Shown piece after piece: positions 31,401-39,500 of a DNA stretch of 64,000 nt. The notes beneath the pieces are model-generated. The model was not told where the DNA came from. It worked only from the letters and a program-made list of their open reading frames with translations, and searched no databases. The stretch comes from Verrucomicrobiales bacterium (GTDB lineage Bacteria > Verrucomicrobiota > Verrucomicrobiia > Verrucomicrobiales > V1-33), in the NCBI GenBank assembly GCA_018003315.1, contig JAGNEJ010000011.1:4807-68806 (forward strand), read 5' to 3'. The translations under genes were made by a program, and so were the position numbers. How positions within the stretch are numbered: position 1 is the stretch's first letter; the number at the start of each line of letters is the position of its first letter.

Positions 31401-31786
31401 AGGGCGGGGCGCTCCCCCTGGCCGGTGCGGCTGCCCAGTTCCCGGGTCACGGCCTCCGCAAGGCCCGCCACCAGGCGACGGTTCTTGTCATTGAAAATAT
31501 CCTGCTCCTGCCGGGCCAGCATCAGGTCGGTCAGCGCATCCCCGATCATCCGCTCCACGTCCGCATGGGTGAACGTCTGCTGCAGTCCGTTGAATTCCAC
31601 GGGCACACCCCTCTGGCTGCCGCTGGCGGGTGCGCTGCTGGTCCAGTCGAACCGCGGTTTGTTTTGCGCGTCCTGCCGCGCGAGTTCTTTCAGGTGAATG
31701 TCTTCTTCAATCGTGTTGCGTGCGATCATGGTGGCGGCTGGTCGGGCGGTGTTGGCAGAGGGGGAAGAACGGGGAATGCGACTCAA
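28418..31786 (-). CDS. nrdA: class I ribonucleoside-diphosphate reductase alpha subunit with N-terminal ATP-cone(s)
   Basis: SSNLCTEITL...AVCNLGSI is the class I active-site pattern, not the NPCGE of class II. An ATP-cone is present (IIRRNGDVVPWDENKIEIAVRKAF), and the C-terminal redox pair reads ECEACQ. The start is TTG 31786 or ATG 31729. No nrdB gene is present in the window. Confidence 0.85.
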   Translation of the reverse strand: MSRIPRSSPSANTARPAATMIARNTIEEDIHLKELARQDAQNKPRFDWTSSAPASGSQRGVPVEFNGLQQTFTHADVERMIGDALTDLMLARQEQDIFNDKNRRLVAGLAEAVTRELGSRTGQGERPALSHRDVTRLIERALVQQNAYDVARSFVASHAQGCHQPLANQLGGASGNEACARVPLRPLCRIIRRNGDVVPWDENKIEIAVRKAFLSEHLDSAPAEEIARSLTKQLRETGQQLINIEDLQDRVQEELMKQGHYKVAAAYILYRAHRAEVRAKTEEDARLDALNRQDHMILVTEEDGTSTLWDGQDLRRRIEFARIGLDLCLSCDQIETDLRRSLFPEMTREDLNTTVILNSKTLIERDADFARFAGRILLTYIYEEVLGWSMVKDGIEALPEFHRRAFRVNLQRGVEIQRLNPALLELNLDRLALALDPTADMEFDYLGIQTLFDRYLLVDKTGRRHRRLETPQLFFLRVAMGLFLKEQKEHQTDHIISLYNLFKSRRFCSSTPTLFNSGTLHSQLSSCYLYQVDDSIESIMLRGIAENAFLSKWAGGLGGSWTAVRGTGSYIKGTNGESQGVIPFLKLHNDQLVAVNQGGKRRGSGCAYLEVWHNDIFDFLHLRRNTGDERRRTHDMSTAVWVPDLFMKRMIARQPWTLFRSNEAPELHETYGRSFERKYEECEARAARGEIWSRQIPALDLWKEMLKMLFETGHPWITFKDPCNVRSPQDHTGVIHSSNLCTEITLNTSAEETAVCNLGSIILENHLDENGNIDHEKLRATIRVAVRALDNVIDINFYPTEAARRANLRHRPVGLGVMGLANALYIRDVPFASNEAVAFNDEIMEAVAYYAYEASSDLAAERGAYSTFKGSKWDRGLLPQDTLELLERERGVPVDVPRGGKLDWAPLREKIRRQGMRNSNVLAIAPTATISNIMGSTPCIEPAFKNLFAKSNLSGEFTVLNSFLVKDLKARGLWNQNMLDRLKYFDGELKEIEEIPDDLKVKYRTAFGIEPTWIIQAAGCRQKWIDQSQSVNLWFDSKDMGALSRMYREAWSRGLKTTYYLRNVSASNIEKATVAVTKEVRHLGINAAAEAPLRTQPEPTAEEIQACSLRARREGIECEACQ

Positions 31787-31952
31787 AAACTTTTACTTAA
31801 AACCGGAACTTTGTCGGGTTTACCGGAGGGAGGTTCTAATTTTTAGAAAAGTGGAGAACTCTGTGAAAAAACTGGCAATAAGTTGTGGAAAACTGGTCAT
31901 CCCTCGAAGGCATTTTGGAAAATCAAAAAATCGCGGCAGTGCTGGGCTGGCA

Positions 31953-31998
31953 CCACCAGATGTTGTGGAGGGCCATCAACCTACACAAAATACAGCCC
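31953..31998. promoter_or_regulatory. candidate tandem NrdR boxes upstream of nrdA
   Basis: CCACCAGATGTTGTGG (31953-31968) and ACACAAAATACAGCCC (31983-31998) each match 11/16 positions of the acaCwAtATaTwGtgt consensus recalled from the literature. Their starts are 30 bp apart, and they lie ~170-270 bp 5' of nrdA. Confidence 0.3.
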
Positions 31999-32190
31999 CG
32001 TTGACAAGGAAAAAACACAGATTCCTTAAGATTTTCTCCCGTTTATTTCATGCCAACATTCGGAAAAAAATATTTCATAGAAGATCACGGAAATCTAAAA
32101 ATTATGAACCCGCAGGGAAGCATTCGGAAGGCGTTGTGACTGAGAAGGAAAGTGCGAATTTTGGAGTCAAGGGGATTTGTTTTTTTGTGG

Positions 32191-32342
32191 CAAACAATCA
32201 GGAAAGCTCCGATACCAGGATAGGGAGGGGCGCAGGGTGCCCGGAACCTCCGGATGGGGATTCTGCCGTGGGGCAGAACCCGCCGACAGGGCGGTTTCAG
32301 CGGCGTGAAGTCTCAAACCAACCAGGACTCTGATTTTTTTTG
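32191..32342 (+). promoter_or_regulatory. structured leader RNA, possible ydaO-type (c-di-AMP) riboswitch, upstream of tandem kup genes
   Basis: An enclosing helix pairs AAUCAG (32196-32201) with CUGAUU (32330-32335), followed by a U8 run. Internal hairpins are CUCC/GGAG, GGGC/GCCC, CUGCC-GUGG-GGCAG and CCGCC-GACAG-GGCGG. The strings GGAACC, UGGGGAUUC, GAACCCG, CCGACAG and CGUGAAG resemble ydaO conserved blocks, but the second GUAGGG block is missing. Confidence 0.4.
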
Positions 32343-32611
32343 CACCACCTGCGCGTTGTCGTTTTTCTGGTAGGGTCGTGAAGCCGCTGCTTTCCTGCGA
32401 AGGGTGGTTCGCATGTCAGTTTCCTCTGGTGCATCTCTGGTGCAATCCATTTTTCGGCAACCGTGCCTGGAGCGTTTGCTCCCTTTACAAGGCCAAATTG
32501 CTGTGCCTATGCTCAACCCGATTTTCATGAGGGTTCCGTCCGCTCCGCACTGCTACTTCTTTTCCTCCGACTCCGGTGGTTCCTTCGGAACAGCCACCCG
32601 GGACAACTGAG

Positions 32612-34561
32612 ATGGATCACCCTGCTACTGATGGCCAACCGCCACATTCCGCAGGCGAGCAGGGTGCTGCTTCGTCTGGAAGGGGCCTGCGCAAGGTGTC
32701 GCAGCGCTCCCTGGTCATCGGAGCCCTTGGGGTGGTGTTTGGGGACATCGGAACCAGTCCGCTGTATTCGATGCGCGAGTGCTTCCTGCACGGTCATGTG
32801 GATGCGGGTGCTTCGGCCAATGTGATCGGTGTGCTCTCGCTGATCATCTGGTCGCTCATTGTCATCATTTGCATCAAGTACCTCATTTACATTCTGCGGG
32901 CGGACAACAAAGGGGAAGGCGGCGTGCTGGCGCTGCTGACGCTTGCGGTCCACGGGATGAGCGAGTCTTCGAAACGCCGGACGGGACTGGTGCTCCTGGG
33001 GGTGTTTGGCGCCGCGCTGCTTTATGGCGACGGCATGATCACTCCGGCCATTTCGGTCCTCTCCGCCGTCGAGGGGTTGCAGGAGGCAACCCCGGCGGTC
33101 GCTCCGTTCGTGGTTCCGGTTACGATTTGCATTCTCATTGCCGTGTTTTCCGTCCAGTACATGGGCACGGAGAAAGTGGGGTGGATTTTCGGACCGATCA
33201 CCCTGTGCTGGTTCGTGGCCATGTCGTTTTTCGGCATCTGCGGGCTGGTTAAAAATCCCGCAGTGCTGGCGGCGTTCAACCCCTGGCACGGCTTGCATTT
33301 TGCCTTCTCCGGCGGCTGGAATGCCTTTCTGGTCCTTGGTTCGGTCTTTCTGGTGATGACCGGCGGTGAGGCGCTCTATGCCGACATGGGCCATTTCGGC
33401 AAGCGGCCCATTCGCATCGGCTGGTTTGCCATCGTGTTTCCGGCCCTGCTCCTGAACTACCTCGGTCAGGGTGCCATGATCATGCTTGATCCCGCGATGG
33501 CCGTGAATCCCTTTTTCAAATTGGTGGGTGCGATTGCGCCAGCAGTGCTGCTTCCCATGGTGGTGCTTGCTACTTTGGCAACGGTCATCGCTTCCCAGGC
33601 GTTGATTACCGGCACCTATTCGCTGACGCTGCAGGCCATTCAACTGGGCTACTTTCCCCGTGCTGCCATCAAGCACACCTCCGAACACACCCGGGGCCAG
33701 ATTTACATTGGGCTGGTCAACTGGCTGCTGATGTTCGCCTGTGTTGGTTTGGTGTTGAAATTCGGAACCTCCACCAAGCTTGCAGCGGCTTATGGCGTTT
33801 CGGTCACGCTGACCATGCTCATCACCACGCTGCTGTTCTTTTTCGTGACCCGGAACCTCTGGAAATGGAGCCTGCTGAAGGCCGGCGGTTTCTGCACGTT
33901 TTTCCTTGTGATCCAGGGTGCCTTTTTTGGGGCGAATCTGGTGAAATTTGCCGATGGCGGCTGGTTTCCGCTGGTGGTGGGGTTGGGCATTTTTGCGCTG
34001 ATGACCACATGGAAACGCGGACGGGAACTGGTCGGTAAATCACTGGAGCAGACCGGACTGGATCAGGAACTGTTCATTTCCAGCATCGCTCGCCATCCGC
34101 CGCTGCGCGTGCCCGGAACCGCCATTTTCATGACCGGTAACCGGGGCCGGACGCCGGGGTCGCTGCTGCACAACCTCAAGCACAACCGCGTGCTGCATGA
34201 ACGGGTGATTTTCCTAACGCTGGTGGTCGATGACGAGCCTTATGTGCTCCCCAGCCGGCGGGTCGAACTGCAGCGGCTGGCGGACGGTTTCTGGCGGCTG
34301 ACGGGCCATTACGGCTACATGCAGCGGCCGGATGTGCCCCGCCTGCTGCGTGCCTGCAGTCAGTTCGGGCTCGAGTTGACTGCTGAGCAGTCCACGTTTT
34401 TCCTTGGACGCGAGACGATCATTCCCGCATCCAGACCAGGCATGGCGCGGTGGCGCGGACACCTGTTCGGTTTTCTCAGCAAAATTGCGCAACAACCCGC
34501 GGGTTACTTCCGCATTCCACCCGGCCGCGTCATCGAACTTGGCATGCAAGTCGAAGTCTGA
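32612..34561 (+). CDS. kup: KUP/HAK/KT potassium transporter (copy 1)
   Basis: ATG at 32612. It has the GALGVVFGDIGTSPLY signature, about 12 TM helices and a C-terminal cytoplasmic domain (RVPGTAIFMTG...HNLKHNRVLHERVIFLT). Confidence 0.9.
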   Translation: MDHPATDGQPPHSAGEQGAASSGRGLRKVSQRSLVIGALGVVFGDIGTSPLYSMRECFLHGHVDAGASANVIGVLSLIIWSLIVIICIKYLIYILRADNKGEGGVLALLTLAVHGMSESSKRRTGLVLLGVFGAALLYGDGMITPAISVLSAVEGLQEATPAVAPFVVPVTICILIAVFSVQYMGTEKVGWIFGPITLCWFVAMSFFGICGLVKNPAVLAAFNPWHGLHFAFSGGWNAFLVLGSVFLVMTGGEALYADMGHFGKRPIRIGWFAIVFPALLLNYLGQGAMIMLDPAMAVNPFFKLVGAIAPAVLLPMVVLATLATVIASQALITGTYSLTLQAIQLGYFPRAAIKHTSEHTRGQIYIGLVNWLLMFACVGLVLKFGTSTKLAAAYGVSVTLTMLITTLLFFFVTRNLWKWSLLKAGGFCTFFLVIQGAFFGANLVKFADGGWFPLVVGLGIFALMTTWKRGRELVGKSLEQTGLDQELFISSIARHPPLRVPGTAIFMTGNRGRTPGSLLHNLKHNRVLHERVIFLTLVVDDEPYVLPSRRVELQRLADGFWRLTGHYGYMQRPDVPRLLRACSQFGLELTAEQSTFFLGRETIIPASRPGMARWRGHLFGFLSKIAQQPAGYFRIPPGRVIELGMQVEV

Positions 34562-34613
34562 GCCACCCGTCCGAAACCTGGGCTGAAGTTGCCCGGGCAC
34601 ATCGGGCATCCTT

Positions 34614-36512
34614 ATGAGCACCACCGCCTCCCCCGCCTCATCCCGCCTGTCCTTGCTTTGTCTGGCCGCTCTCGGAGTGGTTTTTGGAGACATTGGAACC
34701 AGTCCGCTTTATGCCTTTCGTGAAGCCTGCGGGGCGATGCGCGAGGGCATTGACGGCCCGCACCGTCCCCTGCTCATTTTCGGCCTGCTGTCACTCATCA
34801 TCTGGTCGCTCATCCTGATCATTTCAGTGAAGTACATTCTTTTTGTGATGCGGGCTGACAAACGGGGAGAGGGAGGCATCCTGGCGCTGCTGAGCGTTGG
34901 ATTTCCAGAGCGTCGGGGGCGCTACCGCACCCGCACCGGCGTGGTCATGGTGGCTTTTGGCGTCTTTGGCGCAGCCCTGCTCTACGGGGACGGCATCATT
35001 ACGCCGGCCATCTCCGTGCTGTCTGCGGTCGAGGGCATTCAGGAAAACGCATCGCCTGCCCTAACAGTGCCGATTACCGTGGCGGTCCTGCTGGTGCTCT
35101 TTGCCGTCCAGCGGCATGGCACCGCCAAGGTGGGCAGCGCCTTCGGACCGGTGACGCTGCTGTGGTTCGTCACGATTGCGGCACTGGGAGTTTACCGCAT
35201 CGTCGAACATCCGGGCATTCTGGCCGCCATCAGCCCGCACCATGCCATTCGGTTCCTGCTGCATGCGGAGAGCGGCGTCCACCCGCTGCATGTGCTGGGG
35301 GGTGTATTCCTGGTCGTGACTGGCGGAGAGGCACTCTATGCCGACATGGGACATTTCGGACGCCGTCCGATCAAACTCACCTGGTTTGCCCTGGTGCTGC
35401 CGGCGCTGCTGCTCAACTACCTGGGCCAGGGCGCGGTGGTCCTCCATGAACCAGCTCTGGCCGCGAAGCCGTTCTACAGCCTGATCCCTTCGGAGGCATT
35501 CCGGGTGCCTCTGGTGGTCCTGGCCACGGCCGCCACGGTCATTGCGTCCCAGGCGCTCATCACCGGGGCCTACTCGCTCACCATGCAGGCGGTGCAGCTG
35601 GGTTACCTGCCGCGCATCAAGATTGACCATACTTCCAGCGCGGAACGCGGCCAGATTTACATCGGGCAGGTGAACTGGCTGCTGGCGCTCCTGTGCATCG
35701 GGCTGGTGGTGACGTGGAAAACGTCCACCAACCTCGCCCACGCCTACGGCATGGCGGTGACGCTGACCATGCTCATCACCACCGTCCTGTTTTATTACGC
35801 AGCGCGCCGGAAATGGGACTGGCCGGTCTGGAAAGCGCTGCCGGTCTGCCTCTTCTTCGCCGCAGTGGAATTGATCTTTGTCACGGCCAACGCGCTGAAG
35901 TTTGTCGAGGGTGCTTGGTTTCCGCTGGCGCTGGGCGCGGTCATATTCACCATCATGGTCACGTGGCGCACCGGACGACGCATTCTGGGTGAAAAACTGA
36001 AGGAACAGGCACTGCCGCTGAAGGAATTCATCGACAGCGTTTCGCGGGGCGGAGCCACCCGCGTCAAAGGCACCGCGGTTTACATGGCGGGCACCACCGG
36101 AGTCACGCCCACGGCTCTGCTGCACAATCTCAAGCACAACAAGGTGCTGCATGAGCGCATCGTCTTCCTGACGGTCGAATCGGAACTGGTTCCATACATC
36201 GACGAGGTCAAACGCGTCGAGCTCGAGGAGATTGCGGATGGCGTCTGGCGTGTCGTCGGCCACTACGGCTTCATGGAGTGGCCGGATGTTCCAGTGCTGC
36301 TGGAAAAGTGCAGCGGGCTGGGTCTGCCTTCCAAGCCGATGCAGACCAGCTACTTCCTGGGGCGCGAAACCATCATCCCGAGCAGCACTCACCTGTGGCT
36401 GTGGCGGGCCAAGCTGTTTGCCCTGCTCAGCCGCAATTCCCAGAGCGCCGTTGCCTATTACAACATTCCCCCGGGCCGCGTTGTGGAATTTGGAATTCAA
36501 ATCCAGCTTTGA
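34614..36512 (+). CDS. kup: KUP/HAK/KT potassium transporter (copy 2)
   Basis: It has the AALGVVFGDIGTSPLY signature and is colinear with copy 1. The two genes are 52 nt apart on the same strand. Confidence 0.9.
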   Translation: MSTTASPASSRLSLLCLAALGVVFGDIGTSPLYAFREACGAMREGIDGPHRPLLIFGLLSLIIWSLILIISVKYILFVMRADKRGEGGILALLSVGFPERRGRYRTRTGVVMVAFGVFGAALLYGDGIITPAISVLSAVEGIQENASPALTVPITVAVLLVLFAVQRHGTAKVGSAFGPVTLLWFVTIAALGVYRIVEHPGILAAISPHHAIRFLLHAESGVHPLHVLGGVFLVVTGGEALYADMGHFGRRPIKLTWFALVLPALLLNYLGQGAVVLHEPALAAKPFYSLIPSEAFRVPLVVLATAATVIASQALITGAYSLTMQAVQLGYLPRIKIDHTSSAERGQIYIGQVNWLLALLCIGLVVTWKTSTNLAHAYGMAVTLTMLITTVLFYYAARRKWDWPVWKALPVCLFFAAVELIFVTANALKFVEGAWFPLALGAVIFTIMVTWRTGRRILGEKLKEQALPLKEFIDSVSRGGATRVKGTAVYMAGTTGVTPTALLHNLKHNKVLHERIVFLTVESELVPYIDEVKRVELEEIADGVWRVVGHYGFMEWPDVPVLLEKCSGLGLPSKPMQTSYFLGRETIIPSSTHLWLWRAKLFALLSRNSQSAVAYYNIPPGRVVEFGIQIQL

Positions 36513-36554
36513 ATTCCGGCTGCCGTTCCCCCTCCGGCCCGAACAGGGCTTGGC

Positions 36555-39500
36555 TCACACCTTGCGCAGCTGTCGGCGCAATGACAGATAGACTGCGGCC
36601 AGCGGCAGAAGGATGAACACGCCGAGAGCGAAGCCGTCCGCACGGAGCGTTTCGAATTCACGGTTGAAGTAGGTTTTGCGCCGTCCGAAGAAAACATTTG
36701 GGCGCACGCCCTTGTTGCGGAAGTCCGTGCGCTCGAATTCCGCCTTGTGCACCAGGTCGGCGATTTTTTTGTTCTGATAGACTTCCTCCGCGCTGACTCT
36801 GGTTTTCAATTCCTTGGGGGCATAGTTGTCAGGATTGAACGTTCCCGCGGCGATGTCCTCCAGGATGCGGTCGAGGCGGCGCTTCACCGCATCCGGGCTG
36901 CGTTCTTCCAGGCCGGAAACCAGGGCCAGGGCATCCTTGAGGTTGTGCAGTTCTGTTTCTTCGTCGGGCGACAGGGATTTTTTGCCGCTGAGGCTGTGAA
37001 TGCGGTCGTCCAACTCCTCCTGCGCGGCATCCAGCGGATTGAGCCGGGCCTGGGACAGGGCGAGCGCTTCGTAACTCCAGCGCAGCGGCATGAATTCGCA
37101 GACCAGTGGCACGCGGAGCTTGCTGGGTTCCTTTTCGCTGGCGGCCTGTTCGGGATCCATCCACCGGAGGATGCTGTAAACGAAATCGAGATTTTTGTTC
37201 ATTTCCTCATACTTGATGAGGGCTCCGCCCAGAATGATCTGCGGGATCAGAATGAGCGGAATGATGTTGATCGCCGTTTTGCCGTCGCGCACCAGGCTGG
37301 AAATGAACAGTCCAATGGCGACTCCGGACATCGATGTCAGGAACATCCAGACCAGGTAGTGCGGAAACATGTCCCGGACTTCCAGCACCAGGTTTCCAAT
37401 GGCCAGGTAAATCACATCCTGAATGAGCGACACCGCCCCCAGCGCCAGGAATTTGGCAATGACGTAGCCGCCGGCATTGGTGTTGTAGTTTCGCTCCCGG
37501 TCCAGCAGGATGCGGTCGCGGATGATTTCGTCCGCGCTGTTGGTAAGGCCGAGGAACATGCCCACCACCAGGGTGAGAAAAAGGTAGGTCGGAATGTGAA
37601 ACGCCGAGGCAAAGGTGTATTCGCCTTCCTCCGCAAATCGCAGCACATAGGAAATGAGAAACGCGAGCAGCGGCGCCTCCAGCAGCGTGGTGGCAAGATT
37701 GGCGCGGTTGCGGAATTTGCTTAGAAAAGCCCGCTTGACCATGACGCCCAGAATGGCGCTGCGGTCCCTCACCGGCCGCGGCGGCTCCTTGAGTGCGGGG
37801 GCCGCCATGGAGTCGAGCCCGGTATCCGCACCCCGGCGCAGTTTCGGCTCCAGGACTTCCTTGAAAACCGAATACGTCTGGTAGCGGTCCCGCCAGAAAT
37901 TCGGGGAGAAACGCCGGGCGGTGGCGGTGTGGCCGCGGGAGTCTTCCTCGTAGATGATGTCGCCGCCCAGGTCGCGCAGCGGTGTTTCCAGCACGTCGAA
38001 AATGAATTCGGGAGAAGCCGGGTCCGCCACGGGTGGAATCTGGGCGGATTCGCCTCGGGCCGAACTGAGCGGCTTCACGATCTCCTCCTCCCAGGCCAGG
38101 TGAAAGTAGTCGAGCATCTCCCGGGGTTTGCCGAAAAAAACCACCTTGCCGCCGCGATCCAGCAGAAGCGCCTTGCTGAACATGTGGAAAAGCCGGGAGC
38201 TGGGCTGGTGAATGCTGACAAAAACGATTTTGTTATGGGCCAGGCCGCGGATGATTTCCAGGACATGCTCCGAGTCCTTGGAGGACAGGCCGGAGGTCGG
38301 TTCATCGAACAGATAGACATCCGCCGGAGTGATCATGTCCATGCCGACATTGAGGCGCTTGCGTTCGCCGCCGGAGAGGCGTTTCTGAACCGGAGTGCCG
38401 GCCAGGCTGGAGCGGCGCTCATGGAGGCCCAGTTCCACCAGCTTCGAGCCGACGCGGCGCTGCAGGTCTGCGGCGTGCAGGTGGGGGCTGCGGATTTGAG
38501 AGGCAAAACGCACGTTTTCCTCGACGGTGAGCAGTGGGTCGAAGGCGTCCTCGTGCGGGATGTAGGAAATGTAGGGGGTGAGCTGGCGCAGGTTGTCGTA
38601 GAGCGGCACACCGTTCATCAGGATGGTTCCCTGATCGGGTCTCAGGTGTCCGGCCAGCACGCGCATCAGACTGCTTTTGCCGCAGCCGCTGGGCCCCATG
38701 ACGCAGATCATTTCTCCGCGCCGCGCCGTCAGGCTCATGCTGTCCAGCCCGGGGTTGTGCTTGCCGTAGCTGTGGGAAACGTTCACCACCTCCATCTGGC
38801 GAATGATGTTCCGCTCCTCCTCGATGATGCGGTCGCCGAAATGACAGCGCAGATACTGCCCCTCGCCCAGGACGATGACGGCGCCGTCCCTGAGCTGCGC
38901 CTTCTCCTTGACGGGCGTCTGTCCGACCAGGATCGGTCGGTCGGCGCGCAGCACTTCCAGTTCGCCGCGTTTCTCCTCATAGTCGCACCGGATGCGCAGC
39001 AGGATTTCGCTGCGCACGGTAGGGGACAGCAGAATGTCACCGGGCTGCAGCAGGCCGGGATTGTTGGAGACGAGGTATTCGCTCTTGCTCGGGTTGAGGT
39101 CGAACCGTCCCCCCAGCTCCCTGGCACGGCGGCGCAGTTCGCTGAACGTGATTTCCGTGCGGTCCGCAAACTGCAGCTTCTCTCCCAGGTGGACGCGCAG
39201 CCGGCGTCCGGGCGGCAACTGCTTTCCTGCGATGAGGATCGGGGCTGGCTGCAGCGACTCCACTTCGACATGCAGTCCAAACCGGATTCGCAGGACGCTG
39301 AGCTTCGTCCGGACCTTTTCAACAAAGGGAGGATCCCCGCTGTTCAGGCTCAGAAAAAGCTGGGTGGAGGAAACTCCCTTCTTCGCATTGAAATAGAAAA
39401 CCAATTCCTGATAGTCCAGCACAGTGTCCCCCAGGACCACCCGCTGCCCGTCGAACAGACGCAGAAACTGTCCGGGCCGCAACTGGTGTCCGCGGGCGAT

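Noticed and set aside
28499-31846. A very long ORF (1115 aa) antisense to nrdA. Similar giants are 37929..40223 (+), 16905..18917 (-), 18918..20765 (-), 20614..22290 (-), 55012..56772 (-), 11926..13779 (+), 50884..52482 (-) and 4547..6136 (+).
   Set aside because: Each lies exactly opposite a gene with clear family motifs. Their translations are Arg/Gly/Ala/Pro-rich and lack motifs. Such stop-poor antisense frames are expected in high-GC DNA.
28418-32000. The reductase considered as a class II (B12-dependent) enzyme with a cobalamin riboswitch upstream.
   Set aside because: The active-site pattern is SNLCTEI/CNLGSI (class I), not NPCGE. No B12-box (GCCACUG-like) was seen in the leader.
31698-32333. 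A 211-aa ORF spanning the nrdA-kup intergenic region.
   Set aside because: The translation is low-complexity and K/R-rich. It starts inside nrdA on the opposite strand and runs through the AT-rich promoter region and the structured leader, ending at the leader's 3' helix. It has no protein-like features.
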